DNA of 64,000 bases. Origin: Eledone cirrhosa. Taxonomy: Eukaryota. The stretch lies in assembly GCA_964016885.1 (NCBI GenBank), contig OZ024743.1, positions 349,246,001 through 349,310,000 of the forward strand. Direction: 5' to 3'. Both the position numbers and the translations under genes were made by a program. The notes below the pieces were generated by a model. That model saw only the letters and a program-made list of their open reading frames with translations. It searched no databases and was not told the DNA's origin. This document shows positions 1 to 13,543 of this stretch, piece after piece; position 1 is the stretch's first letter, and the number at the start of each line of letters is the position of its first letter.

Positions 1-8
1 GTGTATAA

Positions 9-368
9 TCAAAACCATTCAATGTAGGAGTCTGGCTGCGCCATGGTTGCGTACTGTCACCTCTCCTGTTCATTATTTTCATGAACAGAATTGACATGCA
101 CTTCCGCGCTGGAAGTGGTATCACGACTACCAGGAGTAAAATTAGTCAGCAGGAATTTGCAGACGACATGGAGTTACTTAACTCGATAGAAGGTCATCTC
201 CGACGTGCTCATGATACGTATGATGCCCAGTGCTGCGTGGATGGAACGGAAATTAATGCTGCGAAAACTGAGGCACTGGTTGTCTCAAGGAAACAAACGC
301 AGAGCAGTATATATGCGAATAGAATTCCAGGGAAGCCGATGGAGAAGTTAAAGTATCTCGGGACCGTA
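9..368 (+). mobile_element. Degraded non-LTR retrotransposon reverse transcriptase fragment (RTE-like)
   Basis: The frame from 9 reads SKPFNVGVWLRHGCVLSPLLFIIFM...EFADDMELL...INAAKTEALVV...EKLKYLG, matching the GxxQGxxLSPxLF, F/YADD and KYLG motifs of non-LTR RT. It runs into microsatellite. Confidence 0.85.
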
Positions 369-403
369 AAGAAGGAAAAGAAGAAGCAGAAGAAGAAGGA
401 GGA

Positions 404-488
<85 letters not shown>

Positions 489-858
489 AAGAAGAAGAAG
501 AAGAAGAAGAAGAAGAAGAATGATGATGATGAGGAGGAGGAGGGGGGGTGGAGGAGGAGGAGGAAGAGGTGATGAAAAGGAGTAGGAAGAGAGAAGTCGA
601 ACAGGAGGAGAGGAGAAGAAGGAGGAGGAAGAGGACGAGTGGGAGGAGGAGGGTGATGATGAGGGGGTGAGGAGGGGGGAGGAGGAGGAGGGGGGAAGAA
701 GAAGAAGAAGAAGAAGAAGAAGAAGAAGAAGAAGAAGAAGAAGAAGAAGAAGAAGAAGAAGAAGAAGAAGAAGAAGAAGAAGAAGAAGAAGAAGAAGAAG
801 AAGAAGAAGAAGAAGAAGAAGAAGAAGAAGAAGAAGAAGAAGAAGAAGAAGAAGAAGA
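369..858. repeat. Compound (AAT)n/(AAG)n/(GAG)n trinucleotide microsatellite
   Basis: Directly visible; it explains the poly-N/K/R/L ORFs. Confidence 0.98.
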
Positions 859-1225
859 ATGATTACTAACAAACGTGAGAGAAATATTTGTTTATTCCAA
901 AAGGGACAAAACCTATGTCTGAAGATTTTTCCGATGTGGAAGATCTTCCTTTGTTTCTAATTTTATTGGATAAAATGTATTTGCTACTACTTTATCAAAC
1001 ATGCTGTATGATTTTCCAGAGAGTATAATGAGGGTATATGTGGCTAATCTTTCTACCAGGTTAAATTACAAGCTATAGCCTTCTCCTCTGGCTCATATAC
1101 TTAAAGGATTATCTACGTAACACAACAAACCGGTATTTGACACAGCAACGTAATTCATCGTCACGACTGGATACAACGAAAATCCAGAATTACTGTTCTA
1201 ATGATCATTCTCATAGTTATAATAA

Positions 1226-1670
1226 CTAGTAGAAACACCACCCTCTGGTGGTTTTCTGCTAGCATGTGTAGTGTGTATATTGATATTATACACAAATATG
1301 TATGCATGTAGATATGATACATCAAATACAGAAATTGAACGAAGACTATGTTACACTGTCTCCTGTAATCAGTAAAGTAATCTATGATACATTTAAAAAA
1401 AGACGATATTATATATAAACTGCATTAGGAGAAAATTAGCGACGGAAATATGTACGATATTTTTATAAGTGTTGACATTTGAAAATTTTAAAGAAGTGAA
1501 TCTTTAAATAAGCTATAAAATATATTTAATTTACAGCCACGAAATTTAGCACATAAATTATGTAATATTCATTCAATATTTATTCAAAGTAATCCAACTT
1601 ATTTTATAAACGGGGTAAAAAAATATATTCTGGACGTAGTCCAGCACTCCTTTCTTTATTATAGTTAAGA
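1226..1670 (-). mobile_element. Non-autonomous Helitron, family H1
   Basis: The minus strand begins A|TCTTAACTATAATAAAG and ends CCACC-agag-GGTGG hairpin, tgtttcta, CTAG|T. A homologous copy lies at 36312-36807 on the + strand. Confidence 0.85.
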
Positions 1671-1796
1671 TATCTATCCTTGTAACACAAATTAATATCT
1701 ATTTCTGATAAAAAGAAAAAGCAATGCATTAAAATAACGCCAACATATTCTACAATGTATACTCATACAAATATATAAAATTGCAAACATAAATGT

Positions 1797-2636
1797 CTCT
1801 ACTTTAAAGCACAAGGCCAGCAATTTTTGGGGAAGGGGAAAGTCGATTATGTCGACCCCAGTTCATTACTGGTACTTTATTACTGGACCTTTTAAGGATG
1901 AAAGGCAGAGCTAACCTCCGCGTGATTTGAACTATGAATGTAAAGAGCCGTAATTCTATGCCACAAAGCACATTAACCGACGCTCTACCGATACTGCCAA
2001 TCCACTGCCCTATCCCAGATATAAATAACTGTTTCTACTTTAGGCACAAGGCCAGCAATTCGAAGGGACGGAGAAAGTCGATTAAATCGACCCTGTACAT
2101 TATTGTTGCTTTATTCTATATATTGACCACGTAAGGATGAAAGGCAAAGCTAACCTCGGCGGGATTTGAACTCAGAACATAAAGTCCATAACACGATGCT
2201 GCTAAGCATGGTGTCTGCGCTCTACCGATATTGCCAATTCACCACCCTTTAGCAGATATGAATAATTGTTTCTGCTTATGGCACAAGGCCAGCAATTACC
2301 CAGTGCATTACTGGTACTTTCTTTTATCGACCCCGTAAGGATGAAAGGCAAAGTTAACCTCGGCGGGATTTGAACTCAGAATGGCTAGGGCCGTAACTCT
2401 ATGCGTCAAAGCATGGCGTCCGAACCTCTACCGATACTCCCAATCCACATATAAATAATTGTTTCTACTTTAGGCAGAAGGCCAGCAAATAACCCAGTAC
2501 ATTACTGGTACTTTATTTTATCGACCCCGTAAGGATGAAAGGCAAAGTGAACCTCGGCGGGATTTGAACTCAGATCGTAAAGGGACGTAACTATGCTGGA
2601 AAGCATGGCGTCCGACCCTCTACCGATACAATCCAC
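1797..2636 (-). mobile_element. Head-to-tail array of four tRNA-derived SINE copies (approx. 1797-2010, 2024-2247, 2261-2447, 2454-2636)
   Basis: Each unit has an A-box-like TGGCAGTATCGG, a B-box-like GAGTTCAAATCCC, the central GCCTTTCATCCTTACGGGGTCGATAAAATAAAGTACCAG and the tail GGCCTTGTGCCTAAAGTAGAAACAATTAT. Confidence 0.9.
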
Positions 2637-2697
2637 ATATAAATAATGAAAACACTACATGTCAAGACAGATATTTCAACTAAATAGTATTTGTCAT

Positions 2698-2822
2698 ATG
2701 TTGTATATTGACTTTCTAAACGTGGTTGCGTTTGAAGTAATTGTTCTATTGCATGCTGCTTGGTTTCTGCAAGGTGCTGAAACAAAGGCTGCTAAACACG
2801 TTGCCTTTCTTGGTGTTGTCGG
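2698..2822 (+). CDS. Candidate first coding exon of an unidentified, possibly secreted protein
   Basis: ATG-initiated non-repetitive frame MLYIDFLNVVAFEVIVLLHAAWFLQGAETKAAKHVAFLGVV, then GG|gtatgc (possible phase-2 donor). No homology recognised. Confidence 0.25.
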
Positions 2823-3001
2823 GTATGCATAAAAATACCGAGCAACGTAAATATATACACCAAATAACAAATATATATAGGCAAACATTGAAAAGCATAT
2901 AAATAATAACCAAACATACGTATAGTATGCAAGTGTATATATATATATATATACATATATAGTCATACACACAGACCCCCTACACGCACAGAAATGTGTG
3001 C

Positions 3002-3051
<50 letters not shown>

Positions 3052-3064
3052 GGGGGGAAGAGAG

Positions 3065-3100
<36 letters not shown>

Positions 3101-3447
3101 TGGTGTGTCCATGTCTGCATTTACATAAATGCAAAGTATCCAGTAACATTTACATATGTTGCTTTAGATTTATATTTGTCTTATTATAGACATAATTCAG
3201 GGAATAAGAATGTGTACGAAATGTAAAATATTTTGCTGACAGCTCCAGCCTCGCTTAATAAGAATATAAAAAGCAATGAATCACCAAATTGGCATTGAAC
3301 TCCCCAAAAGCGTCTAATACTGCCATTCTTTCACAGTTGGTCAGAAATAATTATGTGTGGACATCACACTTAATATATATACCCAGAGCTTTAGACAAAA
3401 ATATGGCATCACCTTTGCAATGTTTGCAATCTTAGCATGTTCTTTAG

Positions 3448-3494
3448 CCAGACTTGTTGTGAATATTACGAAGAGGAAAATATACTTGAAGCAG
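3448..3494 (+). CDS. Candidate small internal exon
   Basis: ttctttag|C CAG ACT TGT TGT...GCA G|gtaata, encoding [15 protein letters not shown]; phase-compatible with 2698-2822. Confidence 0.2.
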
Positions 3495-3661
3495 GTAATA
3501 TATGAATTAGATAATACAGCAATTCTTTTTGATTATACATACACAAACACATACATATATGTATTTACATACACACACACCCACACACACAAATATATAT
3601 ATATATGTATATATTTATACAAACATATATGTATATATATGCACATATACACACATACATA

Positions 3662-3750
<89 letters not shown>

Positions 3751-3822
3751 CCATGTATATATAATTTCCTTCAAACTAAGCTGTTCTAGTCCTGTAGAAG
3801 CCATTTCCATATTAAATTTGTC

Positions 3823-3895
<73 letters not shown>

Positions 3896-3917
3896 TAACC
3901 TTACTTTCCTTTTCAAC

Positions 3918-3954
<37 letters not shown>

Positions 3955-3959
3955 AAAAG

Positions 3960-5630
3960 GTAAACATAAATAAGTCCTTCATCAGAAGAAAGAATGAGAA
4001 ATAAGATAGATTGAGCAGGCGGGCGGGTTGTAATTGGAAAAAATATCTATAGATAAAAATAACAGGTCCATTCATGTTGACATATCTTGGAAAACTCTTG
4101 GTGCTGGCGTTTTGTGTATGCTTTATTTTTTAGAAAATTGGATGATAGAGCGCGTCTACCTGAAATGGAAAAAAAAAACGTTTTGTTAAAAGAGCACTAT
4201 ACTTGCGCACGTGCGGAAGCTATTAGGAAAAGTATGTTAATGTAAGGATGTGTATGTGTGTATGCAGAGCAGTGAAGGGAAAAGTGGAATGAGCATATTT
4301 TGTCGGATGTATTAGTGGTAAGAGATGTTAATGATCTTGACAGAGCGATAGGAATCTAGGGGTGAATGTACAAGCGCGGGTGATAATGGACGGGGTATTA
4401 AGGAAATCGGGGAGGTGAGTTGTGTCCAAGAGGGGAATAGGACCCAAGGCGGTTAATCAGATTTTGTTCAGTCCTGGTGCGCAAGGCCTGTGATCCATGA
4501 TGTAAAAGGACACCCAGGACTGAAACATGTAGGGAAGAATGACCATGAGAACAATAATGACGGGTGACAGGAGTATCCAAACCGAGTCGTATATCCCTCA
4601 AATGCTCAGGAAAACGGTCCTCCATAAGGCGTTTCGTTTTTTCGATGTATAAAGACCTGCAAAGGGAACACTGGTGCGCAGAGATGACGTGAGTGGATGT
4701 GCAGGTGAAAGGGTGGCGATACGGAAAGACCCATTAGGGCCTGTGAGAGTAGTGAAGGTGGAAATGAAGAGACAAATGTTGCAGCGGGGACGAGAACAAG
4801 GGTGAGAGCCGGGTGAAGTCGTGGGAGAGGACGAGAAGGAACTGCGTACCAGGAGGTCGCGGAGATTGCGGGCGCCCTTAAAAGCAGTAATGGGTGGGTT
4901 TTGAAAAAAGCGAGAAGTGACGGGTTCAGAAGGGAGGATGCGGAAGGAACGGGGGATATGTCGCCTGAGTAGTAGGGTCAGGGGGTGGTAGGTGAGAGGG
5001 AAAGGAACGCGGTTGCTGGGAGGGCGGCGGTGAGGTGACATGGCTGTGGTACTGTCTGCTTCACGGACAGCGCGGGTAAGAGCAGCTTGGATCAGGTAGG
5101 GAGGATATCCACGCTGGATGAAGCAGGATGCCATGTGAAGAAAATGGGTTTCGAAATCGTGGTACTTACTACAGGGCCGACGAAGACGGAGGAATTGGGA
5201 ACAGGGTATGGAGTGTTTGTGGTGGTTTGGATGGGAGGAGGTGAAGTCGAGGTAAGGGTGGGAGTCTGTTGGTTTAATGAAGATGGAAGTAGAGAGGGTT
5301 GTTGTGAGAGTGATTAATAGATTGAGAGATATCTGGAAAAGGGACAGAAGAATCGGAGACGGAGGCGGTGAAAATGACAGCAGGATAGACAGATAGGACA
5401 AAAGAAAGAAAACAGTCGAGCTATTCTCGTGATAGAGAGGTGATGCCGATACAGTTGTCGATATAATAACCGTATAACTCTGCAGTCGGTCCAGCATACT
5501 GGGAGAAGATCTGGGCTTCGACGCAGCCAACAAACAAGTTGGCATAGTTTGGACCCATTCTGGTTCCCATCGCTACCCCAGAGACCTGCTGATAAAATTC
5601 ACCCGAAAAGGAAAAGCCATTGAGAAAGAA
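3960..5630 (-). mobile_element. 5'-truncated, frameshifted Penelope-like element PLE1 (RT, GIY-YIG and 3' region)
   Basis: The minus strand gives FYQQVSGVAMGTRMGPNYANLFVG, KPTDSHPYLDFTSSHP..SQFLRLRR, C-x4-C-x2-C and DRFPEHLRDIR...EQNLINRLGSYSPLGHN. A lone CTGATGAAGGAC lies near 3974-3985. Confidence 0.9.
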
Positions 5631-5682
5631 ACAAAATCCAAGAGATAATTTTGCACAGATATATCAGGCTCACTATATATAA

Positions 5683-5866
5683 GGGTGGTGGATTGGCAGT
5701 ATCGGTAGAGAGTCGGACGCCATGCTTTCTAGCATAGTTACGTCCCTTTACGATCTGAGTTCAAACCCCGCCGAGGTTCACTTTGCCTTTCATCCTTACG
5801 GGGTCGATAAAATAAAGTACCAGTAATGTACTGGGTAATTGCTGGCCTTGTGCCTAAAGTAGAAAC

Positions 5867-5870
<4 letters not shown>
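5683..5870 (+). mobile_element. tRNA-derived SINE, full-length short form
   Basis: Same family as 1797-2636; the tail runs into (TA)n. Confidence 0.92.
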
Positions 5871-5955
<85 letters not shown>

Positions 5956-6371
5956 ATATTCTTATATGCTCCTATGTGCGTAGCGATGTCCGCGTCGGTT
6001 TGTGTTTGTGTATAAGTATGGATATGCATGCGGGTATGCTTTGTGTGTGTGCACGTGTGTGATTGCGTGTGCACACGCGTCTGTGTGTTTGTGTTTGCCT
6101 GTGCGTGTGTGTGTTTGTGTGTGTGTCTGCGTGTGTGTATGTGCGTTTGTGTATGTGCGGTTGTGTGAAGCCAAATCTCTCCTTCATTGAGTCGCAATGT
6201 GTCTAGTAATCGGTGTCAAACAATTAGTCTTCAGTATTAATAAGAACTTGACACGAGTATTTGCCACAAATATTTTACATTGTCTCTCATATACATAAAT
6301 AGTAAGTAATTGTTTCACAAACAGTCACACGTACACATATATCTATAAATGTGTATATACATATATACATA

Positions 6372-6419
<48 letters not shown>

Positions 6420-6514
6420 TATATATATACGTATACATACATGTATACATGTATACATGTATACATGTATACATGAATAAATGTATAAATGTGTATATAC
6501 ATATCTACATATGC

Positions 6515-6584
<70 letters not shown>

Positions 6585-6665
6585 AAACTTTGGGAGGGTC
6601 ATGTTGCCAATAATTCAGAAATTCAGAAACGAAATATATATATATATATACGTATACATGTATAA

Positions 6666-6699
<34 letters not shown>

Positions 6700-7329
6700 G
6701 TGTGTGTGTGTTTATATATATATATAAAGAATGGGTTATTTGTTTTGTTTATTATTATTAATATTCCTAAATTAACTTTAAATATATTTTAAAATATAAT
6801 TTAGATAATTATTTAAAATCTATCTAGCCTCTAAACTGAACGGTCCTTTTCAGTTTTAACGTTATTTTCAATGAACTTACAACATAAAGTTCATATGAAG
6901 ATATGTCACTATCTTTAAACCAATTATTGTATTTTATCTGACTAAAGCGTACTAAAATATTGGTACCCTTGAAATATGTATAATAAAATAAATATGATTT
7001 TATGAAGATATTTTCCATTTATTAATATTATTGATATTAATATATATATATATATATATATACATTCATTTTACATTCATTTAAATTATTGATGTATTGT
7101 TTTATTGATATTTTTTATTTGTTTGTCCCGAATCTTCTATTATCGATTTTTTTATCGTATGGTTGATTGTAGACTTGTTCTATATGTGACGGTATTTTAA
7201 CGATAGTTATAGCTCTGATTCTTCTGAATTATTGAGCCCTCTGCCGCTCATTTCGAATTTTGTTTATCGTGAACTCGTGCGCCGATTTTTCGATACTCGA
7301 TCTTTCTAATATATATATATATATACAGA

Positions 7330-8068
7330 CTTCCGAGATCCGTGGACGAATTCTCTCCAGCGGTCTCAGTCATTCATCATCGCCGCCATGTCCCGCGTCT
7401 CCCAGGGACCCGTGTCTGTCCTTAGGGCATCCACATATGTCATCGTCGGTCTCTCTCTTCCAGTTTGTCCATGTAGGGGCTCCCAAAGGACTACAGAGTG
7501 CAGTGTCAACGGTGAATGTCGATAAGCGTGTTCAGCAAATCTCAATCTCCTCTGTTACTTTCCCGCTGACTTTTGGGAGGCTCCCGTAGAGCTCTCAGTT
7601 CTTCATCCTCAGTGTATACTGATTAATGTTCAGAGCCATACTCAGCATTCTCGTGTAGCACCCATGCACTATCTGAATGAGCTTCTTGGTCAGTGTCCAA
7701 GTCTCAGACCCGTACAGTAGCATAGACTCCACTGTAGCAACTAAGAGACGGATATTCAGTTTTTACGAAGAGTCCGACTTCCACATCGAACTCAACCTAT
7801 TACATGCCGCCCAGGCTTTGCTCTTCCTCTCCACCACACCATCCTCTGTGTTACCGATCCCTGCTTTTAGATACAGGAAGTCCATAACCAGATCTACTGG
7901 CTTCCCGCCCATATTTATAATATTCTGTGGCTCGTTAATGTTCTCTACCAAATACTTCTTACGCTCATTCATTTTCAGCCCCACTCTCATCGACACAGTC
8001 TCCACTTCCTGCATCAACTCCTTTGCATCCTTACCTTTGTCTTTCACAAGTACTATGAAGTCATCAAA
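7330..8068 (-). mobile_element. RTE-like LINE 3' fragment (family R1)
   Basis: FDDFIVL...VGLKMN...DFLYL...AWAACNRLSSMWKS...VESMLLYGSETWTLTK...LWEPLHG...[10 protein letters not shown]. Homologous to 33296-33490 and 39485-40015. Confidence 0.88.
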
Positions 8069-8138
8069 TGTATATACATATACACTTACATATACGCATA
8101 CACATTTATACAGACAGACGGATATATATATATAAATG

Positions 8139-8187
8139 GCTTCTACAGGACTAGAATTGTTTCATTCAGGAGAAATCATCAGGAAGC
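8139..8187 (-). ncRNA. Type I hammerhead ribozyme motif
   Basis: Minus strand: GCTTC CTGATGA t-TTC-tcct-GAA-t GAA ACA-attctagtcc-TGT A^ GAAGC. Helix I is GCTTC/GAAGC and the cleavage triplet is GUA. A degraded relative lies at about 3770-3806 (+). Confidence 0.7.
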
Positions 8188-8645
8188 TCATATATTAAAT
8201 ATTTATACCCTGCTATGTATTGAGTACTTTACTTACTGTGGTTACCCCCAATTGAACCCGGGATAAACTTTTATATATATTTGTATATACACGTATATAT
8301 ATTATAAAAATGTTTTGAAAAAACTATTTCAATCATATTGTTCCATGAAACAGCTCATCAAATACGGGCCAAAATCCGTATTTGGCAGAGGACTATTTAT
8401 TATTGAGGTACCATACTAAGTACATTAGAATTAAGATTAAGAACATAGCAAGCCAAAATTAGATTTAAGAAAAAATATAATCCTACCTGCATAATTGTCC
8501 ATAGCGTGGTTTGATCATGATTATCAACACTAGCTAATTAGCATAAATATTTAACCGGTTAATACTATATGTATCGTTAGAGGAGTAGTCTTAAAATATA
8601 CTAATTAATTGCCATTTCAAAACACCTTAATGAATATCTCTGTAT

Positions 8646-8702
<57 letters not shown>

Positions 8703-9194
8703 GTGTGTATGTGTGTGTGTGTGTGCGCGCGCGCGCGTGTGTGTGTGTTTGTGTTTGTGTTTGTGTGTGTGTGTGCGTGAGTTACAAGTGCTCCAGATCG
8801 TATATCGTATATTCGCACCTTTCTTCCACTCTTAGATCAAAGTTGTTGTGCAAACGGGTGAAATCAATATTATTCCCCATACTAAATACAAGAAGTAGTA
8901 GAGTCCTTAGAATGCGGTATCAAATAACTTGCATATTACAAGTAGCTCCCATAACATAGTCAGAACAAAACTTCCAATGGTCCACTTTGTTCATTTTGAT
9001 CATTCTGTTTTTCATCTTTGCTTAACTCTGAGCCATCCATGATCGCGTAGATCTACGATTATGCGCTTTCTTACCCTGATCGTATTGCACATAAGTAGAA
9101 GAGACCAAGGACTATATCATCCCAACGTTTTCTTTTCCAAACAGAATTATTTGAGGAAGAAACAGCTGCTATATCTCGAATATAGATTAACCAT

Positions 9195-9330
9195 GTAGAA
9201 GATGTCTTGCTGCGCCTCCTTAAGTGATTGATAAAATAAGTAGCAGTTAAGTACTGTAATCGATCAAATTGACTACCCCCCCCCAAAAAAAAAATTGTCT
9301 GGCCTTCAGCCAAGACTATAAAAACATATC
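9195..9330 (+). mobile_element. Old degraded SINE copy (3' half, long form)
   Basis: gataaaataagtagcagtt...tcgatcaaattgac...ctggccttcagccaaga resembles the SINE core and tail. Confidence 0.5.
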
Positions 9331-10499
9331 AGGCAAGCTACAAAGGGCAATGAATGTCACATTTGGAGAGCCAGATATAATGTTTAGCTGTTTATAGTTA
9401 TTTCTCTTTATTTTGATTTGATTTTACCATGCCATTGTCCCAAATATGAAAAATATGCCAGTATATTGCATAAGCCAAATTCTTTCTAAATACTTACATA
9501 TTATAATTAAATACTATTACGATACGAAATAATAGACAGCAAATCATTAAAGCGCCGGACTAAATGATTTGTCTTAGCTCTCTAAGCACTAAATTCCGTA
9601 TAATCTCCACCCGAAAATGGACAGCGTGAGAATTTAGTCGTAAAACCAATATTACTCGTGAGGTTATATTCGTAATTTGTTCGAAGACGTCTAGGCGGAA
9701 AACTATACAAAATATTAAATATATTTACACACTCATGTATTAAATATATTTACACACATACATACATAAAATCATACATACGTAAAATGGTGAAAGTTGT
9801 GTTCAGTCAGATAATCGGACGTATGAATTACTGCTAACACGAAAGCAAAATAAAATTCCATACGAATATTACTCCATAATAATTTAAACATTACATATAT
9901 TATAACATAGTAAAAGAAAACACGACATTGTAATGTTACACACATAATGTAATATGCCAAGTAACGTTGCTGAAAAATTCACCACACAACAAAATGGTAA
10001 ACTAAATCTACCAGCAAAGATTTAGCTGAAATCCACATTTCCTTCGTGTAAACAAAATAAAAGTGAAAAGTTGTGGACACCTAACAAATTATGGTGTAAT
10101 ATATTTCAGCACATCATCAACCTTTATTTCAGTACATGCCATATTAAAAGAAACGAAACATCTAAATTAGAATTGGAGTCTATGAATGAAATAGCAGGCA
10201 ATTAATTACCTGAAGGCCAAACAGTCGAGAGGTATGAACAACAGTATACGCAACTATTAACTCTTTGATATATGTCTCCGCTATCAAATCGCTAACCTTT
10301 CGTAAAGAACTAAAGGCTCACAAACGGAATACAGTTAGAAAGTCTGAACCAAAATTAGCATGTTACTTAAACTTTCTTTTTTTTTCCCTAAGAAAGTGTA
10401 TCTCAGAAACATTGTAATTATGAAATGTAACCCAGACAATAATTCATAATTCCTATAAAACCGGTGCAATATGGTTAAAAAGGAAAAATAATTGAAGTT

Positions 10500-10635
10500 G
10501 TATGGAGCAGCTATATATTAAAATGATTCAAGAAAAATCAGTGAAGAATCATAGGGTCTTGGCTGTAGTATGGCTTGTCTATCAGAAAGACTTTGATAGT
10601 ACACAGTATTATTGGATTATCAGTAGTTTAAAGTC
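10500..10635 (+). mobile_element. Ancient non-LTR RT relic (R4/Dong-like)
   Basis: EQLYIKMIQEKSVKNHRVLAVVWLVYQKDFDSTQYYWIISSLK resembles the EQLxIxK...xWxDYxKAFDSxxHxWI region of R4-type RTs. Confidence 0.5.
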
Positions 10636-10663
10636 TACATACATTAGTAACTTCTATCCAAAA

Positions 10664-10728
<65 letters not shown>

Positions 10729-10732
10729 CACT

Positions 10733-10766
<34 letters not shown>

Positions 10767-11205
10767 AATATATATGTGCTCAACACCTTGCCTAAACATC
10801 GGGTGCTCACCTGCGTGAACCTACAGTAGTAACTCCACATTACACTCCCTGAATATATATACATATATATATATATCTGTGCGTTAACATATACACGCAT
10901 AGCTTTCTGTGTTTCTTTTTGAGTATATGTGTATCATATATGTCTGTGTATGCGTGTGTGCATGTGCGCTTGTATTTCAATACGTATTTAAGAAAAACTG
11001 TCAGTAATGTCGCCTACCATAAAGTGAGAGATTGGCTGACATCGAAAGTATTTGATTCAAACATTGATTCCACCCTCCTAAAATATTTTTCTCATTACTT
11101 TAAAACATACTCCCCAATATATATTAACCGTCAACATTACACCCAGTGAAAAAACAAAAGTGACAACAAATTACATGATTTGTTTTCATTTCCCTTTATT
11201 ATACA

Positions 11206-11819
11206 CTAGCATTAAAGCTCGGCGTTGCTCGGGGTCATTAAGTTACCAAAGTTAGGTTGCACCACCCATTTTATGGCAGCACTTTTTTGTCTGCCAGGTA
11301 CTGGGTGAATGAATTGCAGACCTGGAAGCATGAGCTGCGCCACCAGTGACAATTGTAGTTTCGCCTATGGATATTATCTCTGTGCAAAAAAGTGTTGAAA
11401 TTTATTGTTTCACAGTACTTGCGCAACACGCGCGTAGACGATGCCAGCCGAACAACAGAGTTGCGATGGAGTTGTTCTGCATGGTTGTCTGTGTGTTTTC
11501 TAAATTTAAGACAGTAGGGAGTGGTGTGAACGGACAGTATCACCATCAAGCTTGGAACGAGAAAGTAGCAGAAAGTCTGAAGTTGTATAGATTTTGAATG
11601 GTAATAGAAAGAGTTCAGCAGTTTAAATGAGAGAGAAAAATCGTAAAATATTGAGTTTTATCTATTTTTTGCGTAATTGTGGGTGAAATTGAAAAAATTA
11701 TCTGCGTCAAGACGCAATCGAAGCTATTTCGAGTACTGAATTGTAAATTTCAATTGAAGAAATTGTATATCGTAGATTTCTATAACGAAGGAGCATGACC
11801 ACACACTGAGCTTTATAGA
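11206..11819 (-). mobile_element. Non-autonomous Helitron, family H2 (short copy)
   Basis: The minus strand begins A|TCTATAAAG and ends with a GC-rich CCCGAGCAACGCCGAG element and ctttaatgCTAG|T. It shares about 330 bp with 16364-16700. Confidence 0.8.
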
Positions 11820-12129
11820 TTATGATATGGAAAAGACAGAAAATATCATAGCATCTCTTTAGTTTAATGATCTTTTTAAAATGTCCCGTTTTCCATTATT
11901 TGTAATTAACCAAAGGAGGTAAAAAATAAAAGTAGCCAATCACCATATCATACATAGTGAATAATGTTACCATTGCTCTTTCCTTTGCAGATGCTATTTG
12001 CAAACTGTATCTCCTAGTAGAATCGTTACAGCTTTTCTTTTGACAGGTGATAGTATTTGAAATGACAACACAAAGCCCAGATACCGCATAAAATTCTCTC
12101 CGACTTTCTAACACTTCTGACAATCCACT

Positions 12130-12241
12130 ATCAACGAAAAGTTGAAAGACAAAGTTAACCTAGGTGAGATCTGAACTCAGTGCATGTAGAGTTGGAATAA
12201 ATACGACGGTATATAATTCGATACTGGCCACTTTGCCAATT
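12130..12241 (-). mobile_element. Old degraded SINE copy
   Basis: gttgaaagacaaagttaacctaggtgagatctgaactcag...ttgccaat matches the SINE 5' half. Confidence 0.55.
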
Positions 12242-13543
12242 GAAAATGTAAGAACATCCTACTGTGTCTTTTCATTTTTTCTGTAATAACGTTCACTTCT
12301 CACTATATCTAAGAAATAAATACAAAATTGTATTACCACACTAATAAATAGGTCATATCCTACCATCTTAGTTTTTGAAAATATTTCAAATTTATATCAG
12401 AAGCTAAATTGAACATTTTCTTACTTAAGACTAAAAATAACCATCTTTATACCTTATAAGGTTTATTAGCCAACTTTATAATTATAATCAATGGAATTTG
12501 GCAAATAAGCTAAAATTTTCTGCCGGATGAAAAGGAGGAAATTTCAATAGTATCCATGCAAATATAAAATAACAAAAGATATTTGGCATTGAACACATCT
12601 GTCTTTGTTTTCATATGTACGTGGAATAGATGTCGATATTTTGAAGAAAAAAAAAAGATGAAAATGAAGGAAATATGTTTATTGTGTTATAATTACTCTT
12701 GATTTAATTTCCCATGTGTTCGAGATTGTTCACAAGTATCGAAAGATATTGACGGAGAAATTTGCGGTTGGAGTGTGTTAACTGGTCACACTATGTAATT
12801 TATTATCATATCAATATGCTTCACACTTTCAAATGCTAGGATTTTTAGTCAAATGAATTCTGTATGAAATATGGGCAGAATATGTTCTAATACTGGGTGA
12901 GCCACAATTAGATAACTAATTAGAAAAATGTGGTGGTGTGATTACATTAATCAAAACGAGCAGCATTCAGGACATTTAGTGTAACTTTATAAACAAAAAT
13001 GAATTATCTATCTATTGAATTTAGAATATGTTATTATTCCTATGGTTTCTTTCTATATTTACATATCTTAACAGTTAGTTACTCATGATCCGAGTACGCT
13101 ATATGAATAGTCATATTCACATTGGAAAGCGGGAAAGAACAGAAAGATATTTGTTCGAATAGTGCATAAAATATGCAAGTTCCGTTATGTTTATGAAAAT
13201 AATGAATCGCTTGCTTACTAGATACAATAGTGATAAACGTGATCAAGAAAGTGGAATATATGAATTAAAAATGACCACATTATTATTTCAAGTATGATAG
13301 ATTTTAAATAGTTTTTAACGTAACATAGTTTTTAATTGTATCGTTGCAATATAAAATAATATAATAGTTTAGGAAAATTTAACTCAAGTGGTTTTATTTT
13401 GCCATCAAGAGATAGCAATGAAAACTGAAATAAATAGTAACGATACAATTATTCCTCCTATGGTTATCAAAGAAATCAATAAATTATATTTTCAATGGTG
13501 AATTGAAACTGAGGCAGGAGCTCGGTTTGCCATTTGCTTGCAA

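Noticed and set aside
348-960. Poly-L, poly-R and poly-K ORFs, and the many [16 protein letters not shown] ORFs across the window
   Set aside because: They are translations of di- and trinucleotide microsatellites, not genes.
1797-2636. CRISPR-like or satellite array
   Set aside because: The units are 190-220-bp SINEs without unique spacers, the context is eukaryotic, and no cas genes are present.
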